Of a stretch of 64,000 nucleotides of DNA, positions 13,097 to 23,585 are shown in pieces. The DNA is taken from positions 558,001 through 622,000 of the forward strand of contig OZ251222.1 in NCBI GenBank assembly GCA_965240325.2. The letters run 5' to 3'. The DNA is from Rebecca billardiae RCC1528. Taxonomy: Eukaryota; Protista; Haptophyta. Position 1 is the stretch's first letter, and every line of letters starts with the position of its first letter. The position numbers and the translations under genes are program-made. The notes under the pieces are model-generated. The model had not been told where the DNA came from, ran no database searches, and was given only the letters and a program-made list of their open reading frames with translations.

Positions 13097-14038
13097 CTAG
13101 CAGAAGGTTGAGAGAACAAGCATTTGCTCTTCAGGAGGCATCGCCTGCCACAGCTGGCGCAGAACGCCGACACGGTCCGCGTATAGCGGCTCCGAGGCCG
13201 CTGGGGCTCCCACCGCGGCGAAACTCGGCGCTGGTGCGCCCGGTGCTGGTCGCGGCTCGGTGGCCGGCGAGTGCGCCGTCAAGTCTGGCGGTGCTGGTGC
13301 GATCGAGAGACGGCCAAAGTGGTCCAGCCAGCCCGCCGGCAGTGGCTCCTCGGCGTAGATCAGTGGGTCCAGGTCACGGAAGAGCCCGCCGCCGCCCTTC
13401 ACCTTCTCTCCGCCGCGCGCCGCGCTGAGCCTCACCAGCTGCGCGACGCAGTCGCGCCGCTCGGAATCCGCCATCATGTTCCAAAAGCGGACGAGCGTGT
13501 GCATGCGCTGCGGCGTGGTCATCAGCTCGCGCCAGGCGTGCATCCAGCCGGTGCCGCCAAGCGCGGGCACCTCGAGCTCCGCGGCTGTTGCCCTCCCCTC
13601 AGGCGGCGGAGGCAGCGGTCGGGGCGCGCGTGGAGCGTTTGCTGTGTGAGGGCTGTCGCCATCGGCGCCATCGTCCGAGTCGTCGTCGGAATCGATCCAG
13701 CGCTCCCAGTCGGGCTGCAGCCAGGTGATGGATGCTTTCAGCGCAAGCAGACGCGGCCAGTAAGGCCCGGCCGATGCCTTTGCCAGCGTGATCTCCACCA
13801 GCCGCTCGCCCAGCTGCCGCCACGTCGACGTCTCAGTCGTGACGGTGGAAAAGAGTGGCATCGTGCACTCTGCCGTCCCCCATGTGACGCGGACGCACGG
13901 CTCGGTGATTTCGACGGATGGTGGGCTCGTTGCATCGACGGCGCCCGCCAGGCGCACGCTCACGAGCAGGCGCCGACGCCGCTGCGACCACGTCGCAGTG
14001 AGCCCCAGAGCGTTCGGCTCGACAGCCGCGTCCGCCAT
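13097..14038 (-). CDS. CS-domain (p23/Sba1-like) Hsp90 co-chaperone-like protein
   Basis: TWSQRRRRLLVSV ... VEITLAKA..GPYWPRLL ... WLQPDWERWIDSDDD is the p23-type signature; ATG at 14038. Confidence 0.75.
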   Translation of the reverse strand: MADAAVEPNALGLTATWSQRRRRLLVSVRLAGAVDATSPPSVEITEPCVRVTWGTAECTMPLFSTVTTETSTWRQLGERLVEITLAKASAGPYWPRLLALKASITWLQPDWERWIDSDDDSDDGADGDSPHTANAPRAPRPLPPPPEGRATAAELEVPALGGTGWMHAWRELMTTPQRMHTLVRFWNMMADSERRDCVAQLVRLSAARGGEKVKGGGGLFRDLDPLIYAEEPLPAGWLDHFGRLSIAPAPPDLTAHSPATEPRPAPGAPAPSFAAVGAPAASEPLYADRVGVLRQLWQAMPPEEQMLVLSTFC

Positions 14039-14156
14039 AAGCCCCTGCCACTTTGCTTGTCTCCCCAGCGGCGCGGCGAGCCGAGCGGAAGGGACGACCA
14101 AAAGCTACCGGAGGGACGACCAAAACCGAGGCAAACTTTTAAATGATTGGTCCGTA

Positions 14157-14789
14157 CAGGGGGGTCCAGATGGTGGGCCCCACTTTGGCGGTGGCTGGCC
14201 AGGTAGTGCGGCACGTCCGTGCCTCTGGACGGGCATTGAGCGGTGGCGAGGTCGCCAAATGGCGTGGCGTGGTCCCAGACAAGGTTGTTACTAGTCCTGA
14301 TCAGCTTGCTAGCCATGCCGGTCGTTGATCACCCTGCCGTTGACAGGCGCGCACACGCTAAACGTATTCGCACGGCAGCCGTGTCGGACGGCGGTCGCAC
14401 GACTACCGCGCAGCCAACCTTGCTCGTCCGATCCACGGCTTGTAGGGTCAGATGGACCATTGCCAGGCATGCACCGTCGCAATGCATGCTCCAGAGGGCA
14501 GTATGACCGTCAGAACGGTGATCCTGGCCGCTACCTGCCCATCCTTCTCATGCGCAACCTCACCGGCGCGCCGGTCGTACGGGGTCGTGGACGTGGACGT
14601 GAGAGTGGTCGAAAAGTCGGAAGGGAAGCTGTCACTCACGCACACGCGCTCGTACGGCGACGCCGACCTGCCTACGCCACGCCCCAGTGACCGGGCCGTG
14701 GCGCTGGGGCCTTAGATCGCGTTGGGACGGGCATTCACGCCCGCCATGGCTTCCCTTCCGAAGTGGGAAACTTCATCTGGCCCCCCCTG
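14157..14789. mobile_element. Non-autonomous Tc1/mariner-type element (MITE-like), 633 bp
   Basis: 16-bp TIRs CAGGGGGGTCCAGATG / CATCTGGCCCCCCCTG (15/16 match), each flanked by TA (14155-56, 14790-91). Confidence 0.65.
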
Positions 14790-15390
14790 TATATACGGGA
14801 ATCAGACCGGGACCTTCCACCTTCGCCGGATTCGGCCGCATTGCACGTCTGAACTGGTCGCTTTTAAGCGATGGGGTTTGGTTACCGCCCTTGGTTTGGT
14901 CGTCCCTTCGAGTGGCTCGCCATCAGGTGCACACCGCCCTCGCGCTGCCGAGGTTCACGCGCGCACAGCGGACGGACGGGGCTGGCGCGTGGCGGGGGGC
15001 AGGGCTACTCGACCGCGCCTACGCGTCTGACGCGTTCGCCGTGCGCCCGCCACTCACCTCCTCGCACCAAGCCGCCCAATTAGTATTTAGTAGGCTCAAA
15101 CAGGCGGGCTCAAAAAGTGGCAGGGGCTCGCCGAGTCGCCGTGGCTCCTGCTCGCCTCTTTTTTCTACGCGGCTCATCAAGCTCGAGCGGAGAGCGCGCT
15201 GGGCACGCTGCCTTCGTCGCGGAAACTCGGCGCACGTGCGTACGATAATTTCGCGTGATTCGTGATTCGTCGCGTCGCCGCGTGTACCATCTGTAGTCTG
15301 GGAATGTATCTCCCCCGCCGATGCTGCGGGCTGCGCGACCTCCCACCCGGACACCATACGGCTACGCAGTGGGTGGCCCTGCGTCCCTGC

Positions 15391-17113
15391 CTACCCGCCG
15401 CCGCCACCGCCGCATCCTCCTCCGCCACAGCCGCCGCCGCCGCCCCCACCGTCGCCCCCGCCGTCGCCGCCGCCGTCACCCCACCCGCCGTCACCGCCTC
15501 CGCCCCAGCCGCTGCCACCGCATCCGCCCCCAGTCGCGCAGCCTCCGCCGGAGCAGCCAGCTCCCGCGCACCCTGCGCCATACGCGCACGCAGCGCCGCA
15601 GGCAGCAGCCACGCCCGGGCTGCTCCAGTAGTAGTGGTCGTTGTCATGACGACGCAGCCCGCCCGCACGCGCGCCGCGCACTCCACCGCTGCCGCCCGCT
15701 CCACCGCTGCCGCCCGCTCCACCGCTGCCGCCGGATGCACCTGCCCCGAACGCGGGCTTCGGGTAGACCGCCGTCGCGAACAGCGCGCCACCGCACGCGC
15801 CAGCCAGCCCCAGCGCGACGACGACTGCGGCCGAGAGCAAACCGACCGAGGTTGGGTGCAGCGCGAACCTCAGGTACGCCTGGACGGTCACGACGAACAG
15901 CCCCCCCGCGAGCGTGCACACCAGCGTTGACCCCAGCACGAGTCTGTTGCGCAGGCCGGCGCGCTGGATCGTCAGCTCCACGCTCTTGCGCGCATCGACT
16001 GGCGCGACAAAGAGCGTCTCGCCATCGGCGGTCGGCGCGCTCTCGGGGAGGACGAAGGAGGCCTCGGGACTCTGCTGGTAGAACGTCCAGCCCACTGCAC
16101 AGCGCAGTGGTGAGTGGGAGCGCGCACACGCCGCGCACACGCCGCGCACACGCCGCGCACACGCCGCGCACACGCCGCGCACACGCCGCGCACACGCCGC
16201 GCACACGCCGCGCACACGCCGCGCACACGCCGCGCACACGCCGCGCACGCGTGAGCCACGCCGCATCCCGCCCCATCTTTGGTCGGTGGCGCGCGCAAAG
16301 CGCGCGAGCGCACGTGCGCCGACAGGGCACGCGCGCGCGCGCGCGCGCGTCGCTCGGCGCACCGCGCGTGAACGGCATCTTGTCGAAGGAGAAGAGGACG
16401 CGGTCGCCGGGCTTGGCGCCCGCAGGCGCCTTGACGATGAAGTAGGCGATGTGCGGCTGCAGGGGGCGGCCGAACGGCGGAGGCGTCTCCACGGCGAGGC
16501 CCTCCGCGCGGACGACCACTGGCTTGGCGTCCCCCCGCGCGCGCACGACGGGCGGCGCGTACCAGGCGAGGCCGAGACGAGTCTGGACGGTGAGAGCCAC
16601 GCCGACTGGGATGGCTTCGCCCGGCGCGGGCGTGTCCGCCGCACCAGTCGGCTGTGCGCTTGGCTGGCTGCTGCCAGTCAGCATGCGCGTGAGCGAAAAC
16701 GGCTCGCCTCGCTGCGCGCCGCTCGCCGCCTGCGCGGGTGGCTGACTGCCGCCAGGCGCGGCGCGCGTGAGCTGAAACGCCCCGCCTCCCTGCGCTCCCA
16801 CAGGCACGCCGATCGCCGCGACCGTGCCAGGGTAGGGCGGGGGATGATCACCGACCGTCTCGGTTGGAGCGGCAGGTTGATCTGCTGGCGGCACCTTGGG
16901 CTGTTTCGGACGCTTCAACCACATGACGAAAAACCCCATGAGCAGCGTGTAGAGGATCACGAACCCCGCGATCGCCGAGATAGCCCCCGACGTCTTGAAC
17001 GGCGCGCCCGGCTCGAACGCATTGCCCGGAGGAGGCGGCGATGGGGGCGGTGGAGGTGGGGATGGAGAAGGCGGCAGACGAGGAGGCGATGGGGATGGGG
17101 GCTCAAGAACCAT
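15391..17113 (-). CDS. Membrane protein with Pro-rich N-terminus, about 3 TM helices and Gly-rich tail; exons 17113-16363 and 16094-15391
   Basis: Splicing the GTGCG...TGCAG intron (16362-16095) joins DKMPFTR to VGWTFYQQ in frame. Hydrophobic segments AIAGFVILYTLLMGFFVMW and LVLGSTLVCTLAGGLFVV. Confidence 0.6.
16121..16248. repeat. 11-bp minisatellite (CGCGCACACGC) x ~11.5, intronic
   Basis: Direct tandem repeat visible in the sequence. Confidence 0.9.
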
Positions 17114-17300
17114 GGGCGAGAGACTGAGAGCGCGCTTGGTGATTGAACACGGCGGTCGCCCGCCCGGTCGACGATGGCGGCGGGCAGGAGTCCTTTTTTT
17201 TGCTCCGGAAAAAAGCAGGACTCCTTTCTCCAACGGAATCGCCGAGAATCTCCATGCAAATCTCAAATCCGGTGGCGCGCACGCGACTGTGATTGATTGA

Positions 17301-18325
17301 GGGTCGTTCTTCCGAGCCCCCCCACGCTTTTTCCCCAGCCCGAGCCCGAACATTGTTGTATGAGGACCTATTGCGAACGCGGGGGCGTGGAGGCCTCCCC
17401 AGGATGACGAAACTTGGCCGGGACCAAGTGTTGTTGGAAATCCAAACAACACTTGGTCCCGGCCAAATTTCGTCACATACTATCTCGTCCCGAAAGATCG
17501 CAGCCCCGACGCAGGACGGAAGCTTCTGTGCCTTCCAACGTCGGCCCACGAGAGGGTCAAGAGCATGCCGTGCGTGCTTGCGGCGGTCGGCGGGGACAAG
17601 TACGACCGGCGCGTTCGCGCGCGATCTCGTATGCTCGGCGGCGTTGGTGTTGCGGCTGGCCAGTCACATGTGACGCCTGGTTGCGCTCGCGTGCTTGAGC
17701 GCAGCTTGTGCGGCGCAAACCTCCGTTGTGCAGATCCGCCGACGTGCGCCGAACGCACTCCTCACGCCGTGCACCCGGAGCGTTTGAATTCGTAGAAGAT
17801 TTCGACCCAGCCACGATGTACACGGTCGTACGTGTCTCCAGAAGACACTTACGAGCAGGGCTCGATCGTGGCATGCCCTCCGTCTCCTCATATCATCTCG
17901 CTTAGCTGTGTGCGCACACACGACCAGCTCCACGGTCCACCGTGCGCGGCTCGGCGCCTTGCGCGGTCGGTGGGACACCTGGTTGCCTACATTGCACACA
18001 CGAGCTTCTCTGTGCCGCTCAAGGGTGCGTTGGCGCTCTGACTGCCGCCCCTCGCCGACATCGTGCGCACGAGAAGGGCCTGCACGTGCACGACAGGGAC
18101 GCTAAGGTCGCGGGCTGCCCTCGCTGCTTCTCCTAGACTCCCTTGTGCCGATCCTCCCGCAATCTCAATAGCTACCGGCGCAACTCCAAAACGGAAAGGA
18201 AATGCTCGCAAGAACGCCCGCGGCCCCTCGTTTTGAGCCCGAACATTTTTGTAAGCCACCCTAGACAAATGCTTCAGGACAGATACCCGTCTGGGCGAGC
18301 TTGCGGGGGCTCGGAAGAACGACCC
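17301..18325. mobile_element. Non-autonomous PIF/Harbinger-type (Tourist-like) element, 1025 bp
   Basis: Perfect 21-bp TIRs GGGTCGTTCTTCCGAGCCCCC / GGGGGCTCGGAAGAACGACCC, with a 3-bp TSD TGA on both sides. Confidence 0.75.
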
Positions 18326-18992
18326 TGAGCCGTCGTCGCAAGATCGTGATCTGATCTCGAATCTCAAATCGTCGGTGAATCGAATGTCGGGCACAGTCAT
18401 GAATAACGAATCTCGGAAGCTATCTCGTGACTTGTGCGGAACTTCGCGCGCAGCTGGGCAAATGTGCCGCAGCGGAGCACGCTACCCCCTGCACAGCGCA
18501 GCAGGAAGAGGCGAGCGAACGACACCTCCCCAGGCGTATTAGCCATCGCCACCACTTTGCTTGCTTCCTACAGCGGCCCACGCCCGGACTTGATGCCCGA
18601 TGTAGCACACATGTCTGACATGACCCCCTCTGCCTCCATAGCTGCACGAGTGAAATACAGGCGCCTCGCTGCCAGGGCCAGTGGCCCAGACCCCTGCCCA
18701 GCTACTGGGCTCGATGACAGTCCCCTCAGCTCCCTTCCCCGCGCAGGGATCGGCTAGTGGCTGGCCCTCTGCCCACACTGGGGCACCCTAGGGGGTGCCC
18801 CTGCTGCCGACTCGGCTCAAACTCGATGATCTTGAATTGCAAGGCCGTACACTGCTTGTACCTGGGACCACCCCACAGTGTTGGGCTCGTATGCTGTTGG
18901 CAATGGCATACCCCCGCCCCCTCTGGAGGCGGGCTGTCCACAGTGGAGTGGTGTCAAGACACTAGGTGTCTCGGTCAGTGGTTTGAGGTTGG

Positions 18993-19237
18993 GAGAGAGA
19001 GGGTATTACCTACTCACCAGGACAGTTTACCCCCGGCCGCCGCGTCGTCACAAAATGGCCGGCACTCGCAGGTCATTTTCGCGCATCCGCGCACACCCTC
19101 CATCCCTCCCGCCCCTCCGAAATCACCGGTGTTTGCCGCCCGAAACGAGACTGGCAAATGCCGGTGATTTTCGCGCTGAAAACCATGCTTTCACAAGCGA
19201 AAATTTAGACGCCACTTCGATACACTGCGCGCTACGA
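18993..19237 (+). repeat. Left terminal inverted repeat of PLV (245 bp)
   Basis: GAGAGAGAGGGTATTACCTACTCACCAGG...CTGCGCGCTACGA; reverse complement of 32468-32712 with about 4 mismatches. Confidence 0.95.
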
Positions 19238-19311
19238 GGCCAGCCACCACCCAACCGCCATAGTGGCGAGCGGGTGGTCGGTGGCTAAATAATTTCTGCG
19301 GTGTGTTAAGT

Positions 19312-19629
19312 ATGAAGACCACCTTCACGACCGTCGAGGATGGTCGCATGGGCCCGGAGAATCCAGCCGAGCTCAAGGGCCTGTACGCCCACTGTAAAGC
19401 ATGTGAGAAATACGTGCCCGCACTCGAGATGAACTATCGTCGCAAGAACAAGCGTGTTTACCGGGCCAAGATCTGCATCGCATGCAACCGGGAGCTGCTC
19501 AAGAAACGTCAGGCACTCTGGCGCGAGCGTCATCCTCGGCAAAACAAGGAAGATAGCAATTCAGATATGCAGCTGAGCACGCACTCGGCGCTGAAGACGG
19601 CCGATGGAGGCGGCCTATCGTCCATGTAG
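19312..19629 (+). CDS. PLV small basic Zn-ribbon protein (CxxC...CxxC)
   Basis: HCKACEK...KICIACNRELLKKRQ; ATG at 19312 after an AT-rich leader. Confidence 0.6.
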   Translation: MKTTFTTVEDGRMGPENPAELKGLYAHCKACEKYVPALEMNYRRKNKRVYRAKICIACNRELLKKRQALWRERHPRQNKEDSNSDMQLSTHSALKTADGGGLSSM

Positions 19630-19854
19630 TATCTCCAGGTTTTTCTGCAGGCTCGGTGTCGGGCCCCACAGCAAATGACGGCTGTAGTAAATCCCAGATT
19701 TGGGGTTGTTCCAGTTTTTATTCACGCGATGCCTAGCGATCCAGGCCTTTTTGATGGCATCATCACCATGGTCTATATACGTCTTACCGCCTTTAGCACC
19801 AAAATGCACACCCTTGTACTCGTATCGCTTACCCTTGCGGGTCGAAGCTTTCAT
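19615..19854 (-). CDS. PLV Tlr6F/DUF5754-like small conserved viral protein
   Basis: STRKGKRY..VHFGAKGGKTYIDHGD..KKAWIARH...PKSGIYYSRHLLWG resembles the small family found in PLVs, virophages and NCLDVs. Confidence 0.75.
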   Translation of the reverse strand: MKASTRKGKRYEYKGVHFGAKGGKTYIDHGDDAIKKAWIARHRVNKNWNNPKSGIYYSRHLLWGPTPSLQKNLEILHGR

Positions 19855-19875
19855 TTATATGACATGATTTTTAGT

Positions 19876-21996
19876 CTATGGCGGAGGCGTGAAGAGGTCA
19901 TAGTCGCGATCGACCTCGGCCTGCGTGATCGCACCTTCGGTGTAGAAGCGCACTGCAGCACACTTGAATGGACCGCCGCTTGGGGGCGTGCTCGCGTAAA
20001 TTTCGTTGACATCGCCCACGGCAGTGGCGCTCATGGCCTCAACGCCGAGCGATACCTTGTTCAACCAGGCCTCCATGTTGCCTCCCACTGTATAAGACCA
20101 AGCAATATGATACCAGGTGTTCAGCGGCAAAACATCGACTCGGTCGTATAAATTACCAGACTGCCCTGTGATATCGAACCCAAACGCGGTGTTCCCAACG
20201 CCGTTGCGGTAGATGTAAAAATGAACGACCTTCGAGCCTGTATTGCGCCACTCGAGTTTGAATGAGCCTGAGACGTTGTCGACATAAACCCACGCTGAGA
20301 ACCCAAACATCGTCATCGTCTGCGTCGGTACTGGCGCTGTCATCACAACCGAGCTGCTGAGATCAGCATAGCCATTGGTGTGCGTTGCAGTGCCGCTGGA
20401 TACAGTGAAAGCATAGCTGCCAACATCATCGGTCAAATTCGTCGTCATCGGCCAGCTGGCAAATGGATTTAAGCCTTGCATCGGCGAGTACAAATTCATC
20501 ACCGTCGGCACATCGATGATCCCGCGCGCGATTGTCATGGCATACAGTCGCACGCCTGCGGTCATAGGCGCGGTTCTGTGCCCGATGATGCTGAGCAGCG
20601 GGGTGAAGCTGGCTGGTAGCGTGGTAGTACTCACCAGCACACCATCGATGTACACTTTGGACGTGGTGCCATCCACTGTTTGCGCAATGTGGTGCCACTC
20701 TCCATGTGCCGGTCCTGCCAAGTCCTGAAACGCTGTCGCGCCCAGCTCAGAGCGCAGCTGGCCACCGATGATCTCGAAAGTGAAGTCGGTGACGCCATCC
20801 TCGAGGAGCCACATGCGAACGGCATCGGTGTTATTCGGGCGGTAGGTCCATGCCGCAAGCGAGAAGCGCTCGCTGCCCTGCATGTCGGGCATTTCATTCA
20901 GACCGAGATGCAATGTACTAGTATTTTGCATCTCTAGGTAACCGCTCGTCATCACATAATCGCCATTTGTGGGCTGCAGCGCGGCGGCGGCACCGTCCAC
21001 CTCGAGCAAGTCTCCATCGAGCAGCCATGTGTACCGCAGGACATACCCAGGCCACGACTGCGCGTGCGCCAGGCGGCCGGCCGCATCGAGAGCGTATGGA
21101 TATATGCTCAGCTGCGCGAGCGCAGCCTGGTCGTCAAGCGTGGCGACGAGTGGGTAGTAGAGCGAAATCCGCTTGAAATCCGGGTCCGTTTGTTGGCCAA
21201 TAGTGCGAGAGTGGAGGAGCGTTTGGTCCGCATAGATCTCGATATTCGCCTCAAAAGACGTGGTTTCCTGCGAGATGACAAAGTGTGTCCAGAGACCGCT
21301 TGGGACCATCTGGCTCACGTCGTCTACAAAGCCGACACTGCTACTAGCGATGATGTTCGAGTCCAGCTCAGCGCTCGCGTACGAGAGCCCACCGCCTAGT
21401 GAGAGCTTACTCAGGCCTGGGCAGCCCTTCAGGAAAAAAGCCGCACTAAAATCCCGCCAGTCGTGCCCCGGTGTCTGGAGCGTGAGCGTGCTCGCATTGG
21501 CCGTTGAGCGAGCGGAGTCTTCAGCAAAGGCAAACGTGCCAGCCGGCACGAGGCTCTGAGCGCGGGGAGTGGTATCAACCAGGTCTGCGGTCAGCGGGAA
21601 ATGAGCCACTGTGGGGCCAGTGAGAATGGACTGGGTAATCAGATTGCCAGACTCGATCGATCCATGATATAGCGTACCCGTGTGATCAAAGCTGGTCAGT
21701 AGAGTATCACCAGAATATACGCTGAAATAGGGCTTATACTCATGATCATATTGGCGATTCACGACCTTCTCATAATTGTCTGCTGTCCAGACTACAGTGG
21801 CGCTCGATGGAGTTATGCTCGCGCTCGTCACAGTGAATACATGCCTGGGATGGGAAACCCGTATTTTCAGGTCGGCATCGGGCAGTGGCGGAACGAAATT
21901 GATAGTTATAGACGAGCTTGCTGGGTACGTGAGCACCTCGCCACTCCAGCTGATTGATGATGATGATGATGAAACTAGGCCGAAGATGCTCGCCAT
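19876..21996 (-). CDS. PLV protein with three LamG/concanavalin-A-like lectin domains (putative fibre/receptor-binding protein)
   Basis: Three repeats ending GLWTHFVI..., GEWHHIAQTVDGTTSKVYIDGVLV and NTWYHIAWSY, each preceded by FS(A/L)xxW/F and an AxWP/FxL-type start; Laminin_G_3-like pattern. Confidence 0.75.
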   Translation of the reverse strand: MASIFGLVSSSSSSISWSGEVLTYPASSSITINFVPPLPDADLKIRVSHPRHVFTVTSASITPSSATVVWTADNYEKVVNRQYDHEYKPYFSVYSGDTLLTSFDHTGTLYHGSIESGNLITQSILTGPTVAHFPLTADLVDTTPRAQSLVPAGTFAFAEDSARSTANASTLTLQTPGHDWRDFSAAFFLKGCPGLSKLSLGGGLSYASAELDSNIIASSSVGFVDDVSQMVPSGLWTHFVISQETTSFEANIEIYADQTLLHSRTIGQQTDPDFKRISLYYPLVATLDDQAALAQLSIYPYALDAAGRLAHAQSWPGYVLRYTWLLDGDLLEVDGAAAALQPTNGDYVMTSGYLEMQNTSTLHLGLNEMPDMQGSERFSLAAWTYRPNNTDAVRMWLLEDGVTDFTFEIIGGQLRSELGATAFQDLAGPAHGEWHHIAQTVDGTTSKVYIDGVLVSTTTLPASFTPLLSIIGHRTAPMTAGVRLYAMTIARGIIDVPTVMNLYSPMQGLNPFASWPMTTNLTDDVGSYAFTVSSGTATHTNGYADLSSSVVMTAPVPTQTMTMFGFSAWVYVDNVSGSFKLEWRNTGSKVVHFYIYRNGVGNTAFGFDITGQSGNLYDRVDVLPLNTWYHIAWSYTVGGNMEAWLNKVSLGVEAMSATAVGDVNEIYASTPPSGGPFKCAAVRFYTEGAITQAEVDRDYDLFTPPP

Positions 21997-22018
21997 ATAT
22001 TATAAGCCATATAATAAT

Positions 22019-22651
22019 ATGCGTATCACTGACCCGCTAAAGAAGGAGTATACGCAGTTTAAGGCTGCGCTGCAAAATGCGGGCTTCGCTGACAAGGACA
22101 AAAAGATTGCCGGCGTGTATGTGATCCACCCAACATGGGCGGGCAAGAGACCCCTGTTTAAAATGGGAATGACCAAAAATATTCGGAGTAGGCTCTTCGC
22201 GGGATACAGGCACAGCATGCCATACGCAGCGGGCAGCTTCAAGCTACTGGCATTCCTGGTGACGAGCCCCAACCTGGCCAAAGATGTGGAGGATCGGCTT
22301 CTCGCTCGCACGAATCCAGGCTACAGTTTTGTCAAGCCTCTCCGGGATAAAGAGTGGCGACAAAGCGGGGCACCATGGCCTGAGATTCGGCCGCTCCTGG
22401 CTCTGCTCATGGCGGTGGTGCGGAGGCAAACAGAGGGGAACTGGTACGTCTTCAATGACAAGGGGTCGATCACTCACAGAGGCGGCAGTCAGCCGGCTGT
22501 GGAGCAAACCTCGGTCATCCCTACTGGAGCCATCCGTCGCACGCGTAGCCAGAGAGACAGGCGAGCGCAGGTCACAAACATTGTAGACGCCACGAGCGGG
22601 CACCCAGTCCGCTCGGCTCACGGTTTCAGGATGCTCAGGCCTCGCAAATAA
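22019..22651 (+). CDS. PLV GIY-YIG (T5orf172/MUG113-like) nuclease
   Basis: AGVYVI...LFKMGMTKNIRSRL...AKDVEDRLL...KEW; probable ATG at 22019. Confidence 0.75.
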   Translation: MRITDPLKKEYTQFKAALQNAGFADKDKKIAGVYVIHPTWAGKRPLFKMGMTKNIRSRLFAGYRHSMPYAAGSFKLLAFLVTSPNLAKDVEDRLLARTNPGYSFVKPLRDKEWRQSGAPWPEIRPLLALLMAVVRRQTEGNWYVFNDKGSITHRGGSQPAVEQTSVIPTGAIRRTRSQRDRRAQVTNIVDATSGHPVRSAHGFRMLRPRK

Positions 22652-22665
22652 AACTGTGCAGTAAT

Positions 22666-23283
22666 ATGAATATCACCACCATCTCAACCCAGGAAGGCGA
22701 GCGCATGCTATTCGATTCGGGGACGACCCTCCAAAAAGACAGGCGCATGTTGCTAGAAGCATCATACATGACGCTCGAGCAGGCGCGCGAGCACGTAAAG
22801 CCGCGGTACCGGCTCGACGTCAGACTCTCGTCTGACGAAGACAAGGTGTTGGTGCACATAGCATCAGGCCGGCCGCTAGTCCTATTTCGAGGCAGTGTCA
22901 GCTTTGCCGACTGGGCAGTGTCTGATGTGCTACTCGCGCTCGGCTTCTCTGTATATGATCCGCGCCACCAGCGAGCCCGAAAGCTGGTCGAGATTGTGCG
23001 GCGAAAATATGGCGTGACGTCAGCCATGGGCCACAGCTTGGGCGGGCACATAGCCGAAAACTCTGGCGCAGCTCAGGTGCATACATCCCAAAAAGGTGCT
23101 GGGTTGAAGGATATCGGAAAGGTCTTACCAAAGACACAATTCGATGTCCGCTCTCCAGGCGATATCGTGTCGGCACTCTCGCTCACTCAGCGAGGGGGCA
23201 GTCGGAAGACGGTCGGGCGCATCAGCGCAGACGCGTTCACGCGCCCAATCCGCTTTTTACGAGAGCAGCACCGCCTAGCGTAG
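22666..23283 (+). CDS. PLV lipase (class-3-like alpha/beta hydrolase)
   Basis: VLFRGS...ADW, nucleophile elbow GHSLGG, GDIVS (Asp) and C-terminal EQH (His). Confidence 0.85.
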   Translation: MNITTISTQEGERMLFDSGTTLQKDRRMLLEASYMTLEQAREHVKPRYRLDVRLSSDEDKVLVHIASGRPLVLFRGSVSFADWAVSDVLLALGFSVYDPRHQRARKLVEIVRRKYGVTSAMGHSLGGHIAENSGAAQVHTSQKGAGLKDIGKVLPKTQFDVRSPGDIVSALSLTQRGGSRKTVGRISADAFTRPIRFLREQHRLA

Positions 23284-23568
23284 AAACCGGTCGGCTCTGC
23301 GAGCCCCCTGGTCCAGACGGTTGGAGATCTGACGCCCACGCTGTATGGCCCGCCTTCCCGCGGCCGTATAAGGTGAGGCGATATCGCCGAGGCCTTCGGT
23401 GCGATCGACTTCGTTCAAGAATTGGGTGACGTCCCCACCCACCTTGTCTACACAGGGCTTTAGGTGATGGATTGCAGAGCTGATAGGTCTGCCGAGCCTT
23501 CGGGCGGTGTTAGCCAGCCCGCCGATCTTTCCGCGCGCATCTCTAACGAGTCTACCTAGAAAACTCAT
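23275..23568 (-). CDS. PLV small Arg-rich protein with amphipathic N-terminus, directly downstream of MCP (putative core/membrane-active virion protein)
   Basis: MSFLGRLVRDARGKIGGLANTARRLG...; co-oriented with MCP and preceded by an AT-rich leader. Confidence 0.65.
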   Translation of the reverse strand: MSFLGRLVRDARGKIGGLANTARRLGRPISSAIHHLKPCVDKVGGDVTQFLNEVDRTEGLGDIASPYTAAGRRAIQRGRQISNRLDQGARRADRFLR

Positions 23569-23585
23569 GTATATATAGAGCGAAA

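Noticed and set aside
21776-22018. N-terminal extension of the GIY-YIG ORF in the ORF track
   Set aside because: Antisense to the LamG gene; ATG 22019 after an AT-rich spacer is more plausible.
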